DNA of 19,043 nt from Octopus sinensis (GCF_006345805.1 NW_021824325.1:1-19043); one strand, 5' to 3'. Shown: positions 1-9,469, numbered from the stretch's first letter. The notes: a model not told the origin generated them from the sequence alone. Numbers and translations are program-made.

Positions 1-405
1 CCACCCACGACCACCCCCAAGCCAGTACCGAGAAGAATAAACTGCAAGAAGCGAATACATCGACAACAAATAAGAACAACCATCGTTCATCAGGAACACT
101 TTACATCAATGCCACCAACAATTTTAACAGACGTTGCAACGACAAACGTCAACGACTGAAAACGAAAAAAAAAACAACACAAAAAACAAACAAAAAGAAA
201 TATCCCCCCCCCCCCAAAAAAAAAACCCCCCAAAAGATAGCGTCAACAACAACCCGACCAACATCACCACCACTACCACCACCAGACAACAACAACAATA
301 ACAATAACAAGAACTATAACAACGAATTAAGTTGGAAGCTTTGCATTTAGCCACTTTTCCTGCTAAAAACACCAGTCAGTTCTCACCTCAGATCATTATC
401 TACCC

Positions 406-453
406 TAATAATAATAATAATATAATAATAATAATAATAATAATAATCATAAT
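406..453. repeat. (AAT)n microsatellite, probably the tail of the adjacent minus-strand LINE 3' end
   Basis: Near-pure AAT run directly abutting ttttcctttattggccacagagg. Confidence 0.9.
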
Positions 454-545
454 TTTTCCTTTATTGGCCACAGAGGCGAACACAAGACAAAAACAGAAGA
501 CGATTCAAAGCAAGGAGAATTGGAGCTTTGCATGAAAACACGTGT
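454..545 (-). mobile_element. Probable 3' end of a non-LTR retrotransposon (L1/Tx1-like style)
   Basis: Minus strand reads ...cgcctctgtggccAATAAAggaaaaatt followed by (ATT)n: poly(A) signal immediately before a simple-repeat tail. Similar ends at 11319 and 13889. Clade assignment is inference. Confidence 0.5.
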
Positions 546-595
546 ATAGAATAAAGACAATAAGTGAAGAACGGTGTTTAAAATAAACGGCGTGA

Positions 596-640
596 TTATT
601 ACAAGGACTATTATTACAAGGACTTATTACAAGGACTTAT
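596..640. repeat. 13-bp tandem repeat TTATTACAAGGAC x3.3
   Basis: Units at 596-608, 611-623, 624-636 and a partial unit at 637-640. Confidence 0.9.
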
Positions 641-1028
641 GTATTGTGAAATAATGTGGTTATATATTGCCACTAAGCTTTAAAAAGAAGTATAAACACA
701 CACAGACAGACAGACAGACACAGATACACACATAGAACAAAAGACTGGACGGCCACGGATAGATTGTCTTTGATCAAGCAGCACTGAGCTGCAGCCGAAC
801 AACAATAGCAGTAATAACAACTGTAACGCCATCATTAAATAATAACAATACTACTACTAATAATAATTTAAGTATAAGCAAAACAAACAATAATATTCAT
901 AGCAACGGGAGGAACAGCAGCAATAACAAAAGCAACCACAGCCGACATTCAGGACGAAGGGGATCTTTTGATTCCAGAAAGAATTCCAGAAAGAAGAAAA
1001 GGATCATTTTGATCCTTTCTGAAGTGAA

Positions 1029-1083
1029 ATGGCGACCGTCTTTTATAAAACCGTTTGGTATACGATAGCAGTGGTGTTATTGG
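1029..1083 (+). CDS. Candidate first coding exon encoding a signal-peptide-like N-terminus (MATVFYKTVWYTIAVVLL), phase-1 intron
   Basis: ATG in gaaATGG context (A at -3, G at +4); in-frame TGA at 1020-1022; Lys followed by a hydrophobic stretch; consensus donor G|GTAAGT at 1084. No downstream exon confidently identified. Confidence 0.45.
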
Positions 1084-1129
1084 GTAAGTAAATAGAATTT
1101 TACGTGTATGTTGTGTGCGTGCGTGTGTA

Positions 1130-1133
1130 TGTA

Positions 1134-1168
<35 letters not shown>

Positions 1169-1230
1169 GCGTCTGTCTATCTATCTATCTATCTATCTAG
1201 ATCTATATATCTATCTATCTATCTATCTAA

Positions 1231-1306
<76 letters not shown>

Positions 1307-1353
1307 ATCTATCTATCTATCTATCTATATCTATCTATCTATCTGTCTGTCTG

Positions 1354-1388
<35 letters not shown>

Positions 1389-1427
1389 CCTTTCTCTCTT
1401 TCTATCTGTCTGTCTATCTATCCATCC

Positions 1428-1500
<73 letters not shown>

Positions 1501-1535
1501 CCTTTCTGCCTGTCTGTCTGCCTATTCATCTATCA
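1130..1535. repeat. Compound (TGTC)n/(TATC)n microsatellite
   Basis: Direct reading; source of ORFs 1104-1691 and 1115-1576. Confidence 0.95.
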
Positions 1536-1799
1536 AAGAACAAATTTATTCTCAGTCGGCAGAAGTCACAAAGTGAAGCGATCGTCTGGAGTTCCGTACA
1601 TGCCACTCATCAAAATTGCGTGTATCCCACGAAACTCTCTGTTCTTGACAATCGTGTCATTTTGCTTGTAACTTCTGTCGATAACAAATGAAATGAAGCC
1701 TAAAATATTTATACTCATGTTTGAGATCTGTCTATTCTGTTTGCAATATATATACATATATATATATATATAAGAATGAATGTTTTTATATATAAAGAA

Positions 1800-2095
1800 C
1801 GTGAAATACAGGAAGGGACGAACACGGAACACAGACAAATCATTCGAAGCCTTCAATCTTCAGTCAGACACCGAATCATCATAGCAAATTTCGGCTGTTC
1901 AATTCTGATATTTGCTCCAACTCGGCCAGCCCCAAGAAAAAAAACTAAGCTGTAAGCATTAGATTTCTTGGTAGAAGACAGGAATGTGAACGCACAAGAC
2001 GGATGTGAATACAAGAGACGAAAACGAAATTGAAAACAGTAATGAAAAAACAAAATGTATATAACGGTGGTTGTCATACGACTTTAGACCAAATG
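1800..2095 (-). mobile_element. Diverged copy of an unclassified interspersed repeat (same family as 11080-11810)
   Basis: Minus strand ccaagaaatctaatgcttacagcttagttttttttcttggggctggccgagttggagcaaat...cagccgaaatt aligns with ccaaggaatctaatgctcttagcttagtttttccttggggc...cagccgaaatt at 11266-11703. Confidence 0.75.
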
Positions 2096-2313
2096 AGACA
2101 AAACAACAACATAGCAGCTATATATATATATATAACAAGGATATCCAGAAGTAATGCAAATATCCTTGTTGCTTATTTTAATTTTAATCACCTTATTTTG
2201 AAATTGTATGGGTAATATCATATAAATTCTGGTGCCTCAACTTAAGTACCATATTCATCTGAATCCGGGTAAGAGTACACCCGGGTTCAGTAATAGTCAA
2301 GGGGTGGTTCTAC

Positions 2314-2711
2314 ACTCTTTTACTCTTTTACTTGTTTCAGTCATGTGACTGTGGCCATGCTGGAGCACCGCCTTTAGTCGAGCAAATCGATCCCAGGACT
2401 TATTCTTTGTAAGCCTAGTACTTATTCTATCAGTCTCTTTTGCTGAACCGCTAAGTGACGGGGACGTAAACACACCAGCATCGGTTGTCAAGTGATGTTG
2501 GGGGAACAAACACAGACACAAACATATACACACATTTATGTATATATACGACGGGCTTCTTTCAGTTTCCGTCTACTAAATCCACTGACAAGGCTTTGGT
2601 CAACCCGAGGCTATAGTAGAAGACATTTGCCCAAGGTGCCACGCAGTGGGACTGAACCTGGAATCATGTGGTTTGTAAGCAAGTTACTTACCACACAGCC
2701 ACTCCTACGCC
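2314..2711 (-). mobile_element. Full-length tRNA-derived SINE (octopus OR-like family), copy 1
   Basis: Reverse complement of the 14844-15239 copy: head ggcgtaggagtggctgtgtgg, ccttgggcaaatgtcttc central domain, internal (TA/TG)n, tail gtaaaagagtaaaagagt. Confidence 0.9.
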
Positions 2712-2829
2712 TGCTCAAAATCGTGGGATTCCCATATTAGGACCCAATGTCGGATGCCATTTAAGGTTGTACCCAGCCTGTATGTCATTGTTACAAGGGA
2801 AAAGTTGACAGTTATGTCGATGTGTAGAG

Positions 2830-2870
2830 ACTGCCCGATGAAGGCTATAGAGACGAAACCTCGAAGTTAC
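2830..2870 (+). ncRNA. Decayed type I hammerhead ribozyme motif
   Basis: actgc-CCGATGA-aggctatagagac-GAAA-cc-TC-gaagt. Elements are in the right order, but with U4C, a damaged stem III and a stem I mismatch. Confidence 0.35.
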
Positions 2871-2947
2871 TGTCAAACCGTTTCCTTGTTGAAATGAAAT
2901 ATTTTGCTCTGTTGAAAAGTATTTTTTTTCTTTCATTTTTTAAAAAT

Positions 2948-3025
2948 ACTTGTTTCAGTTATTAGATTACGGTCATGTTGGAACACTGCCTTGAGGAATC
3001 TTAGTCGAACCAAACGACCCCAGAA
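2948..3025 (-). mobile_element. Decayed SINE 3'-tail fragment related to the OR-like tail
   Basis: cttgtttcagttattagattacggtcatgttggaacactgcc...tagtcgaaccaaacgacccc resembles cttgtttcagtcatttgactgcggccatgctggagcaccgcc...tagtcgagcaaatcgacccc. Confidence 0.65.
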
Positions 3026-3253
3026 ATAAGAAGGATCAATAGAATGTAAAATAGTAATTTTACATTCAATAATTTGACAACTTAAAATTGACAATTTGTC
3101 ATAAAAGTTCAATATAATCAATCTTACGATATTATGTAATAATCCATGTAACTATTGATTAATGTTTATGTTTTATTTATTGTATCCTAAATAGTTGGAC
3201 AGACGATTTCCAGTTTACATTTTAGCCTGATAGCCCATATCCATGGACGAGCA

Positions 3254-3321
<68 letters not shown>

Positions 3322-3452
3322 TGTCCTCTCGTATTTATGTATGTATGTATGTATGTATGTATGTATGTATGTATGTATGTGTGTGTGTGTGTGCGTGTAT
3401 GTATGTGTGTGTGTATACGTGTGCATGTGTGTGTATGTGCGTGTATACATAC
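3254..3452. repeat. Compound (CA)n-(TA)n-(TATG)n-(TG)n microsatellite
   Basis: Direct reading. Confidence 0.9.
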
Positions 3453-3637
3453 CATATATTCAGACGCATTTTTCTCTCCCCATTTTTTGTTCTCTCTCCA
3501 TTTTTTCTCTCTCATCCCCTTCTGTTGAAGACCCTAAGCATGAAGATCAGAAGGTTTTCTTGACCGTCAAATTAACACGCTTTTTGTTCCTTCACTTATC
3601 TTTTATTTTCTGTAATTTGACTTCTTCTCTGTATATC

Positions 3638-3692
<55 letters not shown>

Positions 3693-3706
3693 TATATATA
3701 AATAAG

Positions 3707-3738
3707 GATAATATCGATATTTGAATATCGATATTATC
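3707..3738. repeat. Palindrome with 15-bp arms and a 2-nt spacer
   Basis: GATAATATCGATATT-tg-AATATCGATATTATC; arms are exact reverse complements. Confidence 0.9.
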
Positions 3739-3860
3739 AAGTGGCCAGCATGAACTGGCCTTATACATGCGTGCATATATATATATGTATGTATGGACGT
3801 TCGTATATGTAAGTATAACGTGTGTTCTGTATATATACATTTGTATTTATGTACCCATCT

Positions 3861-3928
3861 GATATATTCAACTGACGAAGGCAGAGCTTATTTTAAGCAA
3901 CGCTAGAAATCCAGGATCTTGAATTATC
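3861..3928 (+). ncRNA. Type I hammerhead ribozyme motif, probably PLE-associated
   Basis: Stem I gata(t)attcaa/ttgaattatc (10 bp, 1 bulge); CTGACGA 3872-3878; stem II ggc..gctta-ttt-taagc..gct; GAAA 3906-3909; quasi-palindromic stem III ATCC-a-GGAT; cleavage triplet ATC ending at 3918. Confidence 0.7.
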
Positions 3929-4067
3929 CAGTAATATTTTTTTGCTAGTCTATTTTGTCCCTCTGTATTATCTCTTGGTGCGATATGAACATTTAAGGTG
4001 GTTCTTAGAGTCAGGGATTTGACTGCTATTTCGGCATGGTGGTGTCTCTCAGACACCCTTATTTATA

Positions 4068-4096
<29 letters not shown>

Positions 4097-4098
<2 letters not shown>

Positions 4099-4330
4099 CA
4101 CCTTGGCCGACCAGTCCGTCAGGCGTCCATTTGACACCGCTGGTCACAGCACGCTGTCCACTCCTCTCTGGATCGTGCCTTTCTCATCCACGTGATCCCA
4201 CGTGCCTTTCTCATCCACGTGATCCCAATCGTCCTCCTGAAATCGTAACTCCACCGTCGTGGAGGTCTTCCGGGTGGTCTTTTCCGCTCGCGCGGGTACC
4301 ACTCGACAACTGCGTGTGTCCACCGATTAT
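4097..4330 (-). mobile_element. 5'-truncated RTE-clade LINE fragment (ORF2 C-terminus and 3' end)
   Basis: NRWTHAVVEWYPRERKRPPGRPPRRWSYDF...W matches the RTE C-terminal DNRWT..EW.PR..KR..GRP..RW motif; closely similar to 9766-10140; flanked by (TA)n on both sides. Confidence 0.9.
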
Positions 4331-4629
4331 ATATATGAGAGAGAAAGAAATTCTTGAAAGAAAGGAATTCCTGAAGTAAATCCGGTGGCATATACCTCCT
4401 TACAGTTGTTGACATCAGGTAGCCGAATACTGTGAACCGGCTTTAAATGGCATACTACAAGGTGTATACCCAAATAGAACATTATTACACACAGCGGAGC
4501 GCGCAAACACGTGTTTATAATGGATTCTCTCCATCGACTTCGACGTATGATGGTCCAACAGCCCTTTTATTCAGCTACCCACAAAGATGAATTGCTTTCA
4601 GTAGTGAGGGCCAGTGCAGGACACCACAA

Positions 4630-4666
4630 GCCTTTGGTTGGCCCGAAGCTATAGTAGAAGACACTT
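4630..4666 (-). mobile_element. Short internal fragment of the OR-like SINE
   Basis: gcctttggttggcccgaagctatagtagaagacactt matches the SINE central domain seen in 2314-2711 and 17435-17832. Confidence 0.6.
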
Positions 4667-5013
4667 ACATTCACACACACATACACACACGCACACACAC
4701 GTACATTTTTAAGTTTGTGCGCATGTATGTATATATGTATATAAGTGTGTGTGAGTGTGTGTGTGTGCGTATGTATGTGTGGGTGTAGCAATTTTCATTG
4801 AAGTGCCTGTCTTTGACCTTTACACCGAGATTGCAGGAAACAGTGGAATATTTGAGTTTCTCAACTGCTTAGAGAGAGTATATTGTCAGAAAAAATATCG
4901 ATTAGAAGGGCGAGAGAATGGGGGGGGGGCGAGAAAGAGAGAGAGAGAGAGAAAACGAGAGACAGTGGCATACTTGTAGGTACTTGTTAATAAATTGAAG
5001 ATGTGTGTGTTCG

Positions 5014-5014
<1 letters not shown>

Positions 5015-5060
<46 letters not shown>

Positions 5061-5061
5061 A

Positions 5062-5143
<82 letters not shown>
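5015..5143. repeat. (TATC)n/(TGTC)n microsatellite
   Basis: Direct reading. Confidence 0.95.
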
Positions 5144-5145
<2 letters not shown>

Positions 5146-5149
5146 AGAG

Positions 5150-5512
5150 ATAGAACCAACATTGAACCATTTATTCGCAATATTACCAAATCTGGAACTT
5201 AACTATGGTCTGTCTATAGCACTTATTCAGCATTACCTGACACCTTTGGGTCTCAATGACACCATTATCTCTTATAACCTCAGCGTCTGACCACTGTCAG
5301 TACGCCATGATAGATCGTTAGCTCCTTCAAGCATTTTGTCTCTCATTGTTTCCCTCCTTGTTTTTTTTTCTGTGTATCTTTCTGTCGAAGAGCGTAGGCT
5401 CGAAACGTAAAAGACTTTTTCTATTTCTATTCCTGAGCGCCATACTAATACATTTGTTTGTTTGTACTCCACCTGCCTTCGTCTTTTGTTTATTTTCGTG
5501 AACATTCTCGTT
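5150..5512 (+). mobile_element. Penelope-like element 3' fragment: decayed endonuclease tail plus pLTR with hammerhead
   Basis: Frame reads [29 protein letters not shown], resembling the terminal P-x-G-L-N motif of PLE GIY-YIG endonucleases; followed by a pyrimidine-rich segment shared with 10815-11022, a hammerhead motif and a (TA)n end. Confidence 0.65.
5377..5414 (+). ncRNA. Minimal type I hammerhead motif, variant core (A6U, extra A after A9), copy 1
   Basis: tcttt-CTGTCGA-a-GAGC-gtag-GCTC-GAAA-CGT-A-aaaga: 5-bp stem I, 4-bp stem II, loopless palindromic stem III ACGT, GUA cleavage triplet. Confidence 0.7.
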
Positions 5513-5704
5513 ATATATATATATATATATATATAGGTGCATATGTATATTTATATATGTATATGTGCACACACATACACGCATATATATGCATATATGT
5601 ATAGTTGCATATATATATATATAATATATAATATATATATATACGTTTAAATATTCGTTGTGCAAGATTTTTTATGTGAAGTCGTGTGTTGAAACATATT
5701 GTTA

Positions 5705-5767
5705 TTTGCCAGTTTAGCCAATAAATAACACTGAAGCAAGTGTGTTTTTATTGGCTAAACTGGCAAA
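5705..5767. repeat. Inverted repeat with 21-bp perfect arms
   Basis: tttgccagtttagccaataaa (5705-5725) and tttattggctaaactggcaaa (5747-5767); the spacer also contains acact/agtgt. Confidence 0.9.
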
Positions 5768-6165
5768 ATGACCATTCCGAAATATAACAATATATATATA
5801 TATATGCGCGCGTGTGTATATGTAATATGCTGTAATAAATAGATAGATAGTGAAATGTACACGCATATCTTCAGTTTATTAGGGTTATGTCTCTCTCTTT
5901 CTCTCTCTCTTTTTCTCCCCCTCTTTCTCTGTTTCCTCCTCCTCTCTCTCTCTCTCTGTGCACTGTTGTGAAGGTGTGTAGTTTAGTGGTTATATGGTTA
6001 CGGTGTTATAACCAATGCAAGAGCTTTTTTTCGGTCACATGACCATCTAACACAGCAGCCAATAAAAAAGCTCTTACAACAACCACAACAGGCAATGAAA
6101 GACCTTCTAGGCCGCTTACATGTCACATTAATACGTCAGATACGTAAACCTGTACCGTTATATAT

Positions 6166-6357
6166 TGAATGCTTCGTGCCTTGACCTCCATGACCAACAC
6201 GAAGGAGGAGCGCTAACTGTGTATTTGTGTGAATGCTTCGTGCCTTCACTTCCATGACCAACACGAAGGAGGAGCGCAAACTGTGTATTTGTGTGAATGC
6301 TTCGTGCCTTCACCTCCATGACCAACACGAAGGAGGAGCGCAAACTGTGTATTTGTG
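6166..6357. repeat. 64-bp tandem repeat x3
   Basis: Units start at 6166, 6230 and 6294 (tgaatgcttcgtgcctt...ggagcgcaaactgtgtatttgtg) with few substitutions. Confidence 0.95.
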
Positions 6358-6411
6358 TGTAGTTCTTATAATCTGAATGAGGTCTTCTTTGATGTTGGTG
6401 ATGGATCCAGT

Positions 6412-6738
6412 CATCATCATTATTGTTCGACCGTGGTCGAGACAATGGAATTTACCATGCTACGCCAGACTTCACGGTCCATCATGGCATTACGGAGGTC
6501 CTGTTGCTGGATGCCTGTATCCCTGGAGATTACATCAGGGTAGGAGAGTGTGCGCCCTCTGAGATTGCGAGTAGATGGCTTCCAGAGGAGAAGAGTAGAA
6601 ATTACCTCTTTTTCAGCTCTACAACAATGTCCAGCAAACTGGACTCTCCTACCTTTCACAAGAGATGACACAGGTGGTAGTTTCCCATATATTTGCATTT
6701 TGGTTGGATGGCGCTTCCACGAGAGATTTTGAGCTCTC
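6412..6738 (-). mobile_element. 5'-truncated RTE-clade LINE (second family) with 11-bp TSD
   Basis: QNLSWKRHPTKMQIYGKLPPVSSLVKGRRVQFAGHCCRAEKE...DREVWRS matches an RTE ORF2 C-terminus; stop followed by (TGA)3; ATGGATCCAGT at 6401-6411 and 6739-6749. Confidence 0.92.
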
Positions 6739-6749
6739 ATGGATCCAGT

Positions 6750-7075
6750 GAAGGCGCGTGGTTTAGTTGTTAGGGTACTTTAGTTTGACGATCGTAAGGT
6801 CGTGAGTTCGATTCCCAGTAGTGTGGTGTGTCCTTGAACAAGACCCTTTATTTCATGTCGCTCCAATTAACTCAGCTGGTAAAATTGACTTGTACCTGTA
6901 ATTCAAAGGGCCGACCTTGTCACATTCTGTGTCACACGGAATCTCCCTGACAAATATGTGAAGGGTACGCGGGTCTGTGGAGTGCTCAGCCACTTGCACA
7001 TTAATTTCACGAGCAGGCTTTTCCGTTGATCGGATCAACTGTAACCCTCGTCATCGTAACCGACGGAGAGCCAGT
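6750..7075 (+). mobile_element. tRNA-derived SINE, second family
   Basis: A-box-like gtggtttagttgttagg, B-box gagttcgattccc, gtgtccttgaacaagac central domain and a 3' body; head shared with 9692-9752 and related to 16830-17100. Confidence 0.8.
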
Positions 7076-7332
7076 AATTATGGGTGTTGTGGTGGAAGTT
7101 TTGGAAAGAACACAGACGTACGAAGCCGAAAATGGCTGCCACTTAAGCGATGTCATTTTCCACAAGTGATATTACATCACATGTGGTGTTGCTAAATTTG
7201 TCTTGTGCATATTAATTGCCATTATGTCCTTTAAATTGTATCAAAATTTCGTGCATTTATTTAGAAAGTTAAGGAAGTTATTAAAAATTGAAACCCATCG
7301 GTGACTTTTGGGACATCCTGTATTTGTGCATA

Positions 7333-7635
7333 TACTCTTTTACTCTTTTACTTGTTTCAGTCATTTGACTGCGGCCATGCTGGAGCACTGCTTTTAGTCG
7401 AGCAACTCGACCCCGGGACTTATTCTTTTTGTAAGCCCAGTACTTATTCTATCGGTCTCTTTTTGCCGAACCGCTAAGTGACGGGGACGTAAACACACCA
7501 TCATCGGTTGTCAAGCAATGTTATGGGGACAAACACAGACACACAAACACATACACACACATATATGTATACATATATACGACGGGCTTCTTTCAGTTTC
7601 CGTCTACCAAATCCACTCACAAGGCATTGGTCGGC
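7333..7635 (-). mobile_element. OR-like SINE copy 2, lacking the tRNA head
   Basis: Tail and body closely match 17435-17725; homology stops at ggcattggtcggc. Confidence 0.9.
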
Positions 7636-7914
7636 TAATCTCGAGTCTGAGATAGCTAACTGTTCCACCCAAATTGTAAAATGCTCATTCAGATTATAAG
7701 ACCTACACGCAAATATACACTTTGCGCTCCTCCCCCCGTGTGCGCAAGTGCGTGTGAAAGCATGCGTGTATGTTAGTGTTAAGTTCTAGTCACGTGACAT
7801 GCTTAAGACTAAGAATGTTTCACGATGCTAATCCCCCCTGTTTTAAAGTGTCTGCCCCTCTTGTTTGTAAATCCCTTAATCTCAAGGAGATAACTCTACA
7901 AGGGCAATAAATAT

Positions 7915-7995
7915 ACATGCACACATACAGAAATAAATATAAATACATTTATACTAACATACATACATAAATGCATACATACATACATACATACA

Positions 7996-8028
<33 letters not shown>

Positions 8029-8055
8029 TCATACATACATATATGCATACATACA

Positions 8056-8088
<33 letters not shown>

Positions 8089-8326
8089 TCATACATACAT
8101 ATATGCATACATACATACATAAATGCATACATACATACATACATATATACATACATACATACATACATACATACATACATACATACAAACTTACATACAT
8201 ACATACATACAAACTTACATACATACATACATACATGCATACATACATACATACAAACTTACATACATACATACATACATACATACATGATACATACATA
8301 CATATATTCATACATACATACATGCA

Positions 8327-8359
<33 letters not shown>

Positions 8360-8376
8360 TCATACATACATATATG

Positions 8377-8407
<31 letters not shown>

Positions 8408-8438
8408 TCATACATACATATATGCATACATACATACA

Positions 8439-8471
<33 letters not shown>

Positions 8472-8490
8472 TCATACATACATATATGCA

Positions 8491-8523
<33 letters not shown>

Positions 8524-8907
8524 TCATACATACATATATGCATACATACATGCATACATACATACATACACACATACATACATACATACATGCATGCATA
8601 CATACATACATACATACATAATACATACATACATACATACATACATGCATACATACATACATACATACACACATACATACATACATACATACTCATACAT
8701 GCATACATACATACATACATACATACATACAATGCATACATACATACATACATACATACACACATACATACATACATGCATACATACATACATACATACA
8801 TACATACATACATACATGCATACATACATACATACATACATACATACACACATACATACATACATACATACATACATACACATACATACATACATACATA
8901 CATACAT

Positions 8908-8938
<31 letters not shown>

Positions 8939-9469
8939 TCATACATACATATATGCATACATACATACATACATATATTCATACATACATATATGCATAC
9001 ATACATGCACACATACATACATACATACATACATAATACATACATACATACATACATACATACATACATACATACATGCATGCATACATACATACATACA
9101 TACATACATACATACATACATACATACATGCATACATACATACATACATACACACATACATACATACATACATACATGCATACATACATACATACATACA
9201 TACATACATACAATGCATACATACATACATACATACATACATACATACATACATACACACATACATACATACATGCATACATACATAGATACATACATAC
9301 ATGCATACATACATACATACATACATACACACACATACATACATACATACATACATACATACACACACACATACATACATACATACATCATACATACATA
9401 CATACATACATACATACACACATACATACATCATACATACATACATACATACATACATACATACATACA

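Noticed and set aside
1830-1870. CTGAAGA...CGAA hammerhead-like motif on the minus strand
   Set aside because: Position 15.1 is T and neither stem I nor stem III pairs.
3170-3255. Strong-looking splice acceptor (tttattgtatcctaaatag) on the plus strand
   Set aside because: The frame runs into (CA)n with no donor.
3518-3554. Third CTGTTGAAGA hammerhead-like motif
   Set aside because: Probably a related decayed pLTR, but GAAA and stem III are disrupted (catgaagatc), so a fold cannot be supported.
4350-4430. Minus-strand peptide CKEVYATGFTSGI resembling the start of a fibrinogen-related domain
   Set aside because: The following residues do not continue the domain and there is no suitable splice donor.
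5228-5290. Minus-strand donor CAG|GTAATG suggesting an exon
   Set aside because: No good acceptor; the region is better explained as a plus-strand PLE endonuclease tail.
6019-6075. 12-bp inverted repeat aagagctttttt/aaaaaagctctt
   Set aside because: Half of each arm is a homopolymer, so chance occurrence in AT-rich DNA is plausible.
6166-6357. CRISPR-like appearance of regularly spaced repeats (also 14104-14654)
   Set aside because: Units are contiguous with no unique spacers, the context is eukaryotic and there are no cas genes.
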